Below, one piece after another: positions 14,138-28,820 of a stretch of DNA of 64,000 bases. The stretch comes from the human T2T-CHM13v2.0 reference genome, Homo sapiens, in the NCBI RefSeq assembly GCF_009914755.1, contig NC_060930.1. One strand, 5' to 3'. The translations under genes were made by a program, and so were the position numbers. Within the stretch, counting starts at the first letter, position 1. Each line of letters begins with the position of its first letter. The notes beneath the pieces are model-generated. The model saw only the letters and a program-made list of their open reading frames with translations. It was not told where the DNA came from and did no database searches.

Positions 14138-15604
14138 TGAAGCAGGATATTTTCCTTGACAGCTTTGCAGGCGGGAACCGGAGCACGGGCAATGGAGCTA
14201 GCTGGCTATTTCGGTGCCGGCAGGGGCAAACTCAAAACAGAAGCCTGCTGCTGTTGGTGTGGGGATGGTTGTGGCAATTCACATTGTTCTGAATTGCTTA
14301 TCTGATTGCTGGGCCAAATGCTTATTCTACTTAGTAACATTTCTGAAGTTTGTAGCAAAACCTTAACATTATAAAAGAACAGATAAGGAGCCATTTCAAA
14401 CCACAAAGGAAGAAAGGAAAGATACCACAGAAAAGTCTTCGGGGTGGGGGGTCTTAGCCAACCACCTGTTACATCTGGGACTGGGTCCAGTCCAGGGGCC
14501 TTCCAGCAACACTGAGGAGTGGCCTTGGCCAGATGCCTTCAGTTGCCCCAGGACTTTATTCTGGTCCCACATGGTGGCTAAGCCTCCATGAAGGGAAACA
14601 GAGCCAACATTCCTTTCACCTGCAGGAAAGAGAGAGATGGCAGTGTTGCATCCTGTCCCCTGCAAGAGGCATAGCTCAGAAGAAAGTCTGAGGACAAGAA
14701 GAGACAGATCTGCATTTTACTCACCCTTCTGATGTATCCTAGGCAGGCTCCCAGAGGAAGATCCTGGGCGGGCCTCCAGATTCCCTGACCCCTTCACGGG
14801 CGGGAACTGGAATGCGGGTGCTGGGGCTAGCCAGCCGCTTCAGTGCCAGCAGAGGTAAACTTCACTCACTCGAACCCGCTGCACCCAACCCCTCATGGGA
14901 CGGAACATGCAGGTGAGTGAGTGCAGGACCTGGCAAGTGCTTTTGGGCACTGGCAGGAGCAAAACTCTGTGCAGGCCCCACCACAGCATCTAGTGGGGAG
15001 TGCCTGTAGCCCCCAAAGCTCCAGAAGGAGTGTTATGGTACACCTTCTTTTATCTTTGCCATCTGTGGATGGCTTAAATATTAACAGCTCAGTGGAGGGT
15101 CACCCTCTTGGCACCTGAGTTCTTGTCTGGCGTTCAGGAGGAATGAAGTCACACAAACAAGATGAAGACGGTAAATGTGGGGGATTTTATTGCCAATGAA
15201 AGTGACTCTTAGTAGAAAGGGGAGCTGGAAAGGGGATGGGGTGGGAAGGTAATCTTCCCCTGAAGTCTGGCCATCCCCTGTTGGACTCCTCTCTGAAGCT
15301 ATGCTGTCAAGCTGTCCCTCTGAAGTCAAGCCACTTCTCTCCAACTATAGTCTCTGACATTTAGCTGCTGCTTCTCCTCTTGATGTTCAGTCACTTCTCC
15401 TCTCTGCTGGCTGTGTCAGGGGTTTTTATGGGTACAGGATGGGGGGGTGGGGTGGATCATGGGTGGTTTTGGAAAAGTCAACATTCCAGCATGAAACAGG
15501 AATGTATGTTCTCACTTTGGGCTGCGGTGCCAGGCTTGAGGGTGGGGCCCTCAGTGGGGACCCATCTTCTTCTGCCCAGAATTTCCTGCCTCCTGTCCCT
15601 ATCA
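14138..15604 (-). mobile_element. Internally deleted ERV1 provirus (LTR27/LTR28/MER52/LTR1 group)
   Basis: LTR starts TGATAGGGACAGGAGGCAG at 15604 on -. PBS-Pro-like site at 14761-14778. Second copy of the LTR 3' end at 14138-14235. 4-bp TSD aaat. Confidence 0.8.
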
Positions 15605-15832
15605 AAATTATTTAATATTCTATTTCTTTGCTTCATTCTTTCCTGCTAATTCCTTCAGACTCACATTCACATTGTCTGGGAGATCTACTTTAATGTAAGT
15701 GCTGCTAAGAATAATTCATATCAAATATGTTGACTGAGATGTTAGATATACTTCATTATGCTGGTGTGTGGGAAGGTTTGCCAAACTTAACTATTAAGTC
15801 ACACTAATTAAATTACTTTAGGTGCTCCATAA

Positions 15833-16153
<321 letters not shown>

Positions 16154-16186
16154 CTGATGAATTTTTTTAATTTTAAAAAAAAAAAG

Positions 16187-16359
16187 GAGAATTTCTTAAA
16201 ACTAAAGCAGGTACATTATCATAAATAACAAAATGAAACAATATTCTTTATTATTTAATAATAAATATATAATTTTATTTATAAAATTATTATAACAAAA
16301 TTAAACAATAATTTTTATTATGTATGACAATGTACCTGCTTTAGTTTTAAGAAATTCTC
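16187..16359. repeat. AT-rich inverted repeat with 31-bp perfect arms
   Basis: 16187-16217 is the exact reverse complement of 16329-16359. Confidence 0.95.
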
Positions 16360-17191
16360 TTTGCTCATATCAAAATGTTATAACTCCTTTCCTTCTTAGA
16401 AGAGATCTGAAAGGAATAAAAAGGTTAGGATTACATTCTGCTATTATGTTCATAATACAAAGATGATCTCCTCTATATTCTGTTTTTGTGCAAACGACTC
16501 TAACAAATTTCCAGTATCTTACATGTGCAAATTACAACTGTCTTCAAGGTAAAAGTTAATTGAGAGAAAAAATTAATAGGTTAGAATCTTACTTTTTCTT
16601 TTCTTGCTTCCTGACTGTTACACCTACTAAAGGGATGTGGGGTGGGAGGGGGAGTCTTTTTTCTTTCTAAATCATTCTGCTAGTGTTATGTTGACTTTCT
16701 CTCAAGTACACCCTGTGGTCTCAGATGATCACATATTTTCTTAAGTTACTCATATTGATACAGCACCTTGGCTTATGGGTTGACATATATTACCTGAGCT
16801 TTGATGACACCTCCCACCATTGACATTTCCTGGTGGTGGGGTGTACTGAGCCTCTTATGCATGAAACATAAGGGAACAGGCTGTTTCACAACAGCATTTT
16901 CATTCTTTGAAAATCAATTACTGTTCACCCCAAATGGTATCTGAAGCCCCCATCAGTGTTGCTTCACATTGTTTCTTACCCCTACAGCAATGTCTTGAGT
17001 GCTTTTGTGTCTTTGCTGAGACGGAAAAAAAGTTCCTCACATGGGCTTCAAAATATTCCAGTTATACTGTTTGTAAGAAAGTTTGTATTATTACCTGCCT
17101 GGAAGAATACAGGTAACCTACCTATATGCTGTTGCTTTCTCTTTCTTTCTTACCTTTGTGTCTCCTCTCATCTCACTTCCCTCTGTTTCAG

Positions 17192-17918
17192 CTAGCTGTG
17201 AGGTGGTTGGAACACAACTGCCACTACCAGTACATGGACGAGCTCCTGCAATACATCCGCTTTGGCCTAATGGATGTGGATACTCTCCATACAGTTGCCC
17301 TGTCCCACCCCCTTGTCCAAGCAAGTGAGACTGCAACAGCCCTTGTCAACGAGGCCCTGGAATACCACCAGAGCATCTATGCACAGCCTGTCTGGCAGAC
17401 TCGCAGGACCAAACCACGATTCCAGTCAGACACTCTGTATATCATTGGTGGGAAAAAGCGCGAGGTCTGCAAGGTCAAGGAACTTCGGTACTTCAATCCT
17501 GTTGATCAGGAGAATGCTCTCATAGCTGCCATTGCCAACTGGAGTGAGCTGGCTCCCATGCCTGTGGGAAGGAGCCACCATTGTGTGGCAGTCATGGGGG
17601 ACTTCCTGTTTGTGGCAGGAGGGGAAGTTGAGCATGCCAGTGGCCGGACGTGTGCTGTGAGGACTGCCTGTCGCTATGACCCCCGCAGTAATTCCTGGGC
17701 AGAGATAGCACCCATGAAAAACTGCCGGGAGCATTTTGTTCTGGGTGCCATGGAGGAATACCTCTATGCAGTTGGGGGCAGAAATGAACTGCGCCAGGTT
17801 CTGCCTACAGTTGAGCGATATTGCCCCAAGAAGAACAAATGGACTTTTGTTCAGTCCTTTGACAGATCCCTTTCATGCCATGCTGGATATGTGGCTGATG
17901 GTCTTCTTTGGATATCAG
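17192..17918 (+). CDS. KLHL32: Kelch-like protein 32, 727-nt internal exon (BACK C-terminus, Kelch 1-3, start of Kelch 4)
   Basis: Lies in ORF 17126..17977. LAVRWLEH...IRFGLMD is BACK-like; LYIIGG, LFVAGG, LYAVGG and LWISG are Kelch motifs. Pyrimidine tract plus tttcag acceptor ending 17191 (phase 0); donor AG|gtagaa at 17919 (phase 1). Confidence 0.95.
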
Positions 17919-18359
17919 GTAGAACATACCTCATGTTGGATTTATCAAAACACACTTTCATTGTGGTATATATTTAAAAGTCAAGCTTTAATACTGTGGC
18001 CATGTGTAATTGAAAGATTGAACCAAGCATGCCATTTTAGCTAATTAACATTCATTTATTGAGCACCTACTCTAGAGAGCAATGTAATTGGAAATAATAT
18101 GCCTTTCTGTGACTTTCTGAGTGACTAATGGAATAAAAATTCAAGGTGGAAATTGTTGGTCCATCACAACTGTTTTTTTCCTACCAGAACTTCTCCTGTC
18201 AGCTCTTGATTATTCATGGATTGTATTGCACAGCTTGTGGTTTATCTAGGTCCTTTGCTTTTTCTTTCACCCCTGGCTACCTGACTAGAGCCATTTCATC
18301 AAAGACAAGGCAAGAGAAGTATAAGCCCAGTTAATCCATTTTTCTGGGTATATCAATAG

Positions 18360-18746
<387 letters not shown>

Positions 18747-21701
18747 TAATTATCTGTGAATGGTAGTTACTTGTGCCATTCTAACCCTTCATTCCTATTT
18801 ACTCTCCTATTTTTACTGATGGTACAGTTTGAGCTCTAGTTTACCTTTTCATCTCTTTTGAAAACCTTTTGATTATGGAAAAAGTAGGGAGACTAGAATA
18901 ATGAACCCCATGTACCCACAACCCAAAATCCACAATTAACTACTCCTTGCCAATCTTGTTTTCTCTACACCCACAGACCCATCACACCCCTCTGGGCTGC
19001 CTTTTTGCTTATACAGAAGGAGTCTGTGAGGCATATGCTATCAACATCACATTATAAACATGTGTTTTCAATCTTAGTTTTGAGAAAGGCCCTAAGTGTT
19101 CTCCTTTGAAAGGTTTTTCTATCAGGAAGAAAGCTGCATTTTCTCCCAGTTGGAAGATACTCATATTGTAATCCAAATGGAACTTGTTGGATTTCTGTGT
19201 CATCAAGCACTAAGAGGAATAGAAAGGGTAAAAAACTTAAATATTAAGAATAACCCTGATGTTTGTACTTAGAAGAAATCATTACTTTTAAGTACACCTG
19301 CAAAGGCTTCTCAGCTTTCCTCAATAATCGTCTCTAGTGTTCTAACACCTGCTCTGACAAAATTCTCCCTTGCACTTCTTTAAATTCATTTGGACTTTGA
19401 CTGTTTGTTCTTCTGCTGTCCTCAATAACCAGGAAGATAGTCACAGGCTCAGCTTCTCTGAGCGGTGCCTCAGTTATTGGCAATTCACTGAGTTTTATTG
19501 ACAGAACCTAGCTCACATCAGGGTTTAAGTGCTCAATAAATTAATGAATGAAGGGAAGACTAGGACTAAGGAAGCAGACAGATGAAGTGGACCCAACATT
19601 TACTGGCTCTATACCAAAGAAACATTAGAAACAAGTATGTATGTTAGTATATGTAGATATATTTAAATTAAAACCTCATTTATCTAATTACTGTTCCTTT
19701 TTCTTTAAATGTATATTTCAACAGTTAATAACCACCAAGACTATATTCTTTTAGCTGTGCTGGAGAAATTTCAAGCTAGGCAGCAAATAAGTCTTTGCTA
19801 ACAGAAGGAACAGATCTGTACTTGTCTTGGATGGCAAAACAACGATGGGTTTATGAAATCAATGCCATTTATGTTTTCTCCCAATTGACATTCCTTCCAT
19901 TGACTCATTTAGTTTCATATATTATTAATATACTGTATTCCTAAATTTTGCACTGCATTTTCTAAGTTTTGTATGAATTTCTCATAAATATTTTAATAAA
20001 TATTCCTTGTGTTTTGGCTGTAAACCTAGCTTGTAAAAGAATGCTGGGGTTTCCCTTACATAGTCTTAAAGATATGACGATTTAATACCTTCTTCAGTGA
20101 GGCCTTAAGAAAGCACAGAAGCTCCTCTTAGACTCGCTAGATCCGTCGTCCTGGTATCAAGCTGACTTCCCTTTCAATATGTGTCTATATGTTTCCTTTT
20201 CCATTTTATTAAATCTATCAACCTATTACAGATCCTTATTGCTATCTCACTTTGTTTTTCTCCTACTGTGAAAGGAAATACATTTTCTTTGTTCTTCTTT
20301 TGCACTAATATATGCTGCCTCTGTTAACCAAACTTAATGAAAACAATCACAATTTTCTCAGGTTTGTTTCTCCTTACTGTGTACTTGAGATGAAAAACTC
20401 ACTTTGCTGTGTACAGTACAATATCTTTAATTGGAAAGAAGAGGAAATCGCCAGTGACATTTCTAATACCTTCAGTCATCTGCCTCTTTCCTCAGGCCCA
20501 GCTTATAATAAATCAATTGTGAATCTAAACATGAATAGGGAGGGGTGACTAGATTTGCTAATGGGCCCCTTAACAAAAATACAGGTATAGTTCACCCTGC
20601 CTATCACTGAGTTGGGAGTGTAACCTGATTTACTGGAGCAGATGAAAATGTTTGAGGCTATTCCTTATCCTTTACCAAGTAATCATGTATTTCCAATTTA
20701 ATTGATGGGGATTGAATCATTGGCATCCTTCTGGTATTTTGCAAACTTTGCCTGAGGTGGGGGTAGTATGGATTATAGAAGGTGGATTTTAGGGTCTTGG
20801 TTCTGTTCTCTAGAACACAGAATGAATGTTTCTTTAGAGACTTGACATTTCCAGCGTGCTCACTCCCTCTCCACACCTCTCCCCCATTTTGGTCCATTTT
20901 GGGGTCAGGAAATCTTGAAACCTGTTTATAGTTTTTAAAAGTATGACAAGCCGAAAGGAATCCAGAAAATCCTGCTGCGTGTACATATCCATTAGCATTT
21001 AATTAAAGATGTTAGAGTCGAATTGTACAGGCTCCTGTAGCGTTTGACATTGTGACCCAATTCACAAGTGTTCCATACCATTTTGATTTGAAAATTGCAG
21101 TATCAAGGTAAAATAAGCTCTTAAATATCCTACAGCTGTGTTTTTAAAATATATGCTCTCTGTTGGAAGGTATAGTTTGTGAACTACTAAAAAGAACCTT
21201 TTTTTGTGTGTGAGGGAAAATTAATCCTGAGCTCATCATGAAGAACAGCTTATTTTTTTCATTTTCATCAAATGATAGCAAAATAAGAGGCTAACTGCAA
21301 AGTTAGTGCTTTAAAACTATAAAAATAAGACAAATGTTATTGCATTTACTCAAAAGCAATATTTAGTGCTTTCTTGATTCTCTTGGTGAATGCCACATCC
21401 TTGTAAAGTATAGTGCTGAGTCACAGATACATGAAATTAATTTAGCAAACATACTTCCTGCCCTCTAGGAGCTGGCAATCAAATAATTTTTCAGATATTT
21501 CATTAAGGAAAGGACATTTGTTAAGGCTTAACTCCCTAGAAGCTATGTGTATTTTCATCTTGATTAAATTTATATGAAGTTTGCATTGCCCCATTTTAAA
21601 TAACTTCAATTTATTCAAAGCTACTAACAGGACTTGGGTTTTTCTAGTATTAATTAAAATAATGTAAAATTTTATTAACATTTAAAAATATAATTGCCTT
21701 A

Positions 21702-22169
<468 letters not shown>

Positions 22170-22199
22170 TTATCCATGATGAGATGCTGAGCTCAAGTT

Positions 22200-24210
22200 C
22201 CTAACCTCTCCAAGTCCTGTTCCGGGATAGTGCTGGAGCATTAAAGTAGCATATAGTAGAGGGAACAGACTTTTAAACAGGTAATTAGAGGGTGACAGCA
22301 GAAGTCTTTCCAAGGTACAAAAGTAGTGCAAAGCAGGGAGTGACTATTGCAGAAGGCAGGAAAGGTAGCACCTAAAATAATTGAGGAATTATTTTAACCC
22401 TGGAGGTGCCTAACTTAGCTGCGGGTCCATTGGCTACTTTCTATTATCCATTAACTCCTCCCTGTCCTCACACTTGAACTTCATGATCCAATCACTTCAA
22501 TAATTATCTTGTCCTCTGGGAAACATGCAGTGTTTGACAAACCCAGTAATCTGCTTGTTCTGTCCCTGTACCTAGGTGGCTCTACCTGTGGGAGGAGGAC
22601 AATTAGCAGGAGGGCTTGGTATGGGTATATTCTCAGCACATCACGCACAGTGGCACTCTCAGCCCTCTCTATCCCCTACTGCTACTCTCTCACCCCTTTC
22701 CTTCACTGGCTGGAACTTCTTCACTTTCCTCAAAACCCCCTCTTCTCAGACTCAGAGAGAAGATCTTTCCTTTGGTTTCTCAGAGCAAATCTAAGTGAGA
22801 TAATAGGAGGAGGAGGCAGAGAGTGTGACAAGAGAGATGGATAAGAGTTTGTCTGGAAAGGGGCTAAGGGCAGAAGTTTGGGAAACACTACAGGGATATC
22901 AAGGTCCAAAATATTTCCACTGCATTTTTTAATTGGGAAAATTGTAGTGAAAGCAGTTTCAGGAAATTGGAAGAAGGCGGAAACTAGAATACAGTAGTTT
23001 AAGGTATGATTGAAAAGTGAGGAAATAGAAACCCCAGGTGCAGACTACCTTGGCAAAAAGTTAGGATAAAGCCTTTCTTAGTCTAATACTAATGAACAAG
23101 CATATTTTCTAAACTTCATTCCCCGAATCTGAGCTTATCAGACAACTTTCCAATTAACAGTCTGGCTTCCTGTATACATTTAGGGAGAGAATGTGTTGTT
23201 TTTAGTTGTTCACATATTTTAGTTCATGTAACAGCCTCATTTTTTCATTATAAATTAATAAATAGCATTTTGGCTTTAGTAAGAATAAAGGAGATTAAGA
23301 AGGAAAGAAAGGAAGAAAGAGGGGAGTTGGTTGAGAAAAGGAAGCAAGAGGGGAGTTTGGCTGAGTAGCTAGAAGACGAAATCCAGAGGTGAAGGAGGGA
23401 TTTTGTTTGTTTAAGGATGCAAGTGCACCGAGCATATATATTAATAAGGAAAGAGAGTGAAATTGAAGGTGTAGGGAGGAGGGGCATCCATTTGGCTGGT
23501 AAACGCTGAGAGCATTTCCCAGGTACCAGGAACAGTGAAGAGTCCTGAGGATACAATATTGAAAACAGACAGTGTACTGAAAGGCAAGGAACTGGGCAGG
23601 GGTTAGGTCTTGAACATGAGAAGGGAGGGACCCTTAAGCCTGGAGGGAAGGAGATAATTATGGGTGTGAACCTAGGTAAGCTCACAGGTGAGGGGCAGGA
23701 ACCTGAGGAGGTTTCTTGTAGATTGATTCAAATGAGAAACAGGTCTGTCGAGATTGTGCCTGTCAGGACTAAGTAGAGGGCCTGAGGAGAGTGACCTTGG
23801 AATAAGCCTCTGAGAGAAAACAGAGGGAATTAACAGGTTAAAGAAAAATAGGTGTTCAGAATCCACACTAACCTTGGAAACCACAAAACTGTAGTGGCTC
23901 TGTTTTCAAATTTCTGTCGTTTTATGGTGCTCAGCAGAGGACTGAAGAAGGCAGATCTGTGGATTCACTCATGATGAAAGGTTATGAGACTGGAATAGTC
24001 CAGAGAATCCTCCTGGAAGGAGTTCAGCAGGCTAGGATCTCAGTTAGGTGAGAGGCAAGAGCTGAAGATTTGCTTGAGGGAGAAAAGTGTGTGTTGCGGG
24101 AGTAAGTAGTAAGAGAATGCCCCCTTGTTGTCCCTGGAGGCGGCCATGATGTGAGGAAGCTACTTGCCTGGTAGAGGTTAGGAGGTGGATAACTTGGCAC
24201 ATCCACTTAA
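22200..24210. mobile_element. Degraded L2 LINE fragments
   Basis: Alternating GA-rich and CT-rich blocks typical of L2 ORF2 remnants; identified by composition only. Confidence 0.45.
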
Positions 24211-27200
24211 AAGTTCCTAGTGAATTAGAATGTCCATGAAGAATTAAATCTTTGTTGCTTTAGATCCTAGCAACCAGCTGCCCCCAGCAGTTACTTTTTC
24301 TTTTTTTCACTTGTGCCCCAATCTTTCCTACCTCCCATCTGAAAGAGATGAAAACAAAGCTACTCTAGTATTGAACTGAGGTGGAAAACAAACAGAAATG
24401 TAGTATTCTACAATGCTTGTTAGAGAGCTAAATGATTTAAAGGAAAGAAAGCAATCAGATCACCTACATTCTCCAAATAATTAACAAAGCTTTCATCCTA
24501 AACTGTCTTACCTGTATCCCGAATAAGTTGCACTTTGTTGATTTACCCTCACATCACTGCCCAGGAAATGAGGCTTGAAGAGGTTAAATGACTCCACAGA
24601 TCACACAGCTTATAGCTGACAGAGTTAGAATTTGAACTCTGTGTCTCTGGTTCTTTAGACCATGCTTTTCCCACCAAACCACACAGGTTACCAGTTGTTT
24701 ATCATGACAGTGAAGGTCTGCAAAATAGATGCTTAAATTGTAAAAAAGAACTTCCAAATGGCATAAAACTGAAAGTAAATGATACACAGAAGCAGAGTGC
24801 TATCTGGGGATTTGTTTAGAATCAACAATCATTGATTGTCCTTAATTGCTTAACTGTCCATTCTTCTCAGGGGTGAGAAGAGACACATAATGTCTTTCTG
24901 CGATTTTACGGTTCAGTTTCTAAAATTTAAAATGTAAAGAGAAAGGTGATAAAATGGAACTACTCTAAAATACATTGGTGTAGATTAGAAATTTTTTTCT
25001 GAAAGAATTACATACTACAGGAGTCTAATGGCCTTTAAAATTGGTGTTGTAAAGTTTTGTTTTGTTTTGTTTTTTTTAATGTCCAAATCGTTGGCTACAA
25101 AACTCTTCTCACGGAGAGAACCCCCTTTGTTTAGATGATTGTTTTGTGTCTAACTAGATGGGTCTAGTAAAAGACGGTAAACTAAATGGTGAGCTGTATT
25201 GTTCTACTAAAGAATATGTGAACAATATCATTTGCTTTATTCCCAAGAGGAGAGAAGATGGTTAAAGCTACGCCATAGAAATAGGGAATGGCTGAAGAAC
25301 TTAGCTGATGGTGGAAGGGAGATAAAAGATCCAAGAGCACAGCAAAGCTGGGACATGAAAGACAGACAGAGGTGGCCTTGAGAGTTTGACCCTGCTGGGA
25401 ATGTGCAAAAATATTTGGAGGCAGGATTTCAACTTTCTACAGAATGAGGAATGGGAGTTAGAGTGAATATTATTGAGATTATAAAGGGCAGGTGAATCTA
25501 ATTGATATCTGCATTATGGTTGATTTCACCCCCATTTTATCATTTCATTTATTTAAAACAATACATAATGCATACTTTACATATTTCTGGGTCACAAGTT
25601 TGCACCTATTTGCTCTAAATGACATAATTTCTATTTTCAAATGCAGCAACCCTGCCTTTATAGGTATTTTGTAAATTAGAGACTTTGCAGGTTTTGAGTA
25701 TATTAAGTACCCATCATCTGTGTGGGTTCCTCAAGTATGACAGAAATAATATGGATACTAGTTTTAATTTAATGCATGGATTATGTATGCTTCTATTCAA
25801 GATGCTAATTTAGTAGAAAGATTCTTAGCTGTAATTGTTTAGTATTATAAACATCCAGAAAATATGGACAGTCTAATGTCATATAAAAATAGGTAAGTTT
25901 GGTTTTGCATTTATTATAAATGTTCCTATGGTATTACTTTTTTTAAGGGCTAACAATGAGTGTAGCCCTCTAAATAGTGACTAATAGGAACTTGCACTTA
26001 ATGGCAGGTTGTTCTTTAGGTAATTAAATTGTAAGCGTGAAGTTATAGTCTTTCAAGAACTGGAGAAAGTTTATGGAAATGGTAAGAAATTTTTATAAAC
26101 AGCTACAGGATTGTAGCAAACTTCCCTCTGTGGATTGTCTCTATGCTTTGCACTCTAGTTCATCTGAAACCTATGAGGAATGTATCATCATCACTGTTTT
26201 GCATATGAGGAAGCTGAGCATGGCTGTGTTAAATGGCTTCCCCAAGGATATAGTCATGTAGGACCCATGTTAATGCCACAGCCTGTCCTGAAACTCTTCC
26301 CTTAGACTAGTGTGAACCTGGCCACTGCAGGTCTCCAAGACAGTTGCAGAGAACTTGAGATGGTTTTCCTCAATCCTGAATTTGCTGGCAGAATTCCAAC
26401 CTGGAGCATGCTCCTCCACCCTGCGTGTGGGGATCAGTTCTTTGCATCCCACTCTGTCCTGGTAGTGCGTTAGCACTGCATTACGACCCATAGACATCTA
26501 CTCCTGGAGTTTACTCTATTTACCAACAGAGGTATTTTTTGTCGTTAAAAAAAAAATTAGCAGAGCCATCAGACTTGACCCAGTCTGACCATGTACAATG
26601 AGAGCAGTTTTTCTACACACTCTATTTTATGAGCACTGCCGGCATTGACCAGTTGTTGCTTTTGAGTAGAATATGAGTTTGAGAGTCAGTGATCTCAGTA
26701 GCAGAGACAAAGGTTGCTTGTTTGGCAGTCACTTGTCATCTCTCCAGTATGCACTCATCCATTTGTCACAACATTTTGTGGCGAGTTGTACAGGGAAGCT
26801 TAAGAAAAATGCTTTTCTCCTGTCTTGATGATAGAAAGCATTTCTCACTGTTGGTAGCATGGTGGTAACTTTTCATTCCTTCTGGCAGTTTTTAAAGACT
26901 TATTTGACTTTGGGGGACCTTGCAGTATATCTTTAAGTCACAGTTCAAAAGTATAAGACAGGGTTGCTCATTTTCAATTTTGGCTGAAAAGTCTTTACTT
27001 TCACTGTGGCACTTCAAAGTTAGAGAAAACTTGGTTTTAAAAATGGATGCTGATATGAGATGGCATATTTAATGACAGATGTATCTATAGAAAGCTGTTA
27101 AGATGCAGATTATCCTCCCTGGGGTGGGGGAGGGAGATCAAAACTGCCAATCTATAAAATATACTCGATAGAGGAAGGCATGGAATCTATCTTTGCAAGT

Positions 27201-28820
27201 GCTTTGATTGCAGGGGACAGTATAGCAGCATGTGGCATCGTAACCCAGAGCAGACAAATCAGCTTGATGACTTTCAAAGCCAGGAATACTGCTGCAGGCA
27301 AGGGTACTCCAGTCTAGGAGAAATTAAAACATATAGAGACTGTTATTAATTCCATATCTATTTTTGTATAGTCAAATCTGTATGCAAATCCTTAGCATCT
27401 CATTTCAGCAGATTAATCTAAAAGTGAAGAGTGTTATGTGAAGGGAATGTAATGATAAAGCCCTGCAAATGAGTAACACTGCTAAAGAAATGTGGGCTGC
27501 AAACTGGGATGCTTTTTTAAAATGTATCTTAGTATTGAGAGAAAAATGATTTTTATTTATATGCTCATTTGTAAATTATTTCAAAGGGGAAGGCAAGAGA
27601 ACCAGTTTCCAAGGTTTTTCTTTGCAATCCTGACTTGGCAAAAGTTGCAGCACTAGGTTTGTTAGGCACCTCCTGTGGTTTAACATTCTAGAGGGAATCT
27701 ATTAATATCAAATAACTGGGACTTTAATTTTTACTCCCAACTAGTAACTTAATATCTCATTTCTAAACATTGTCATTTGAGTGAAAATTTGTATGTAAGG
27801 GTAAAGAATCTAATTACTGAGTGCAGATTAAGAAGAAAATGTATTATAGATGCATTTGTGGAAGACAGTAAATAATAATTCTGAAAAGCATAGAGATAAA
27901 TTGTATGCCCTGCTTGGGAGAGGGGATGTAATAGCTACATTCTAATCCATTGGTTGTATGTTTAATCTATAATGGGCAGAGTCTGATACATACAGTAGTG
28001 TAAGTATTTTCAAATAGTGTCATAAAACAGATAGTTTACTACAGTAGATATTAATTATGTCCCATATTTCTAAAACAAGTAGAGAAACTTTTGAAGTCTT
28101 TAAATGATGGGTGGAGCTTTGCCCTCGGCTCCATTTCAGTTAGAGAAGTGATTGTAGGCAAGCTGGACGTTAATCTGGTGGTTATGGCTCAGATCAAAAG
28201 CACTAGCAATTATTTTAACCCTGAAGACTTGTGAAGTCTCAAGAGATTAAATTATTCTTGTGTGGTTATGCTGAGAAAGAATTATTGAACATTCTGTTTT
28301 TAATCACACAAGAAAGGGAAGGTTGGGAGTAAAAGCAAACACAACCCTATATTTATTTTGACACACATCTTGACTATATAGGCATTTCAGCCTCAGCTTT
28401 CTTAAGTGTGTTTTCCTTTCCTCTGATTTCATTTTTAAAATGAGATATTCGATGAGAAATCCAGAGAAGACTTTCTTTGAGGGCAGGAGGCTCATGTCTG
28501 TGTTCTTTGTGGATTTCTCTGCAGACAAAGCTTTTGTTGTTCTTTAAAATCTTAAATCTTCAAGCTTCTGAGATAATTTTAAAAATAGTCCTCTAGTTAA
28601 TAATAGCCAAAGCCAATTATATGAAAGATATAATCTCCCTCCTGGGGTTGAGTGAGAGAGTAATGATTGGCCTGGATAGGTTCCTTCCCCTTTATGTATC
28701 CATTAGTTTTGATTGATTATTCCAGCTCAGTTAAGGATTAGACACTAATCCTCTGGATTCTTGTTGACTTGACTCCTAGCCATGTAGTTGATGGTGGTGA
28801 CCTATTCAAAGTATTTGAAC

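Noticed and set aside
16632-16652. Four G-tract potential G-quadruplex
   Set aside because: Common motif, ~540 nt from the nearest exon, no further evidence of function.
17126-17191. N-terminal part of the 283-aa ORF as a signal peptide or single-exon gene
   Set aside because: It is the translated polypyrimidine tract of the acceptor; real coding starts at 17192.
17118-17734. Antisense and alternate-frame ORFs over the KLHL32 exon
   Set aside because: Expected shadows of GC-richer coding sequence.
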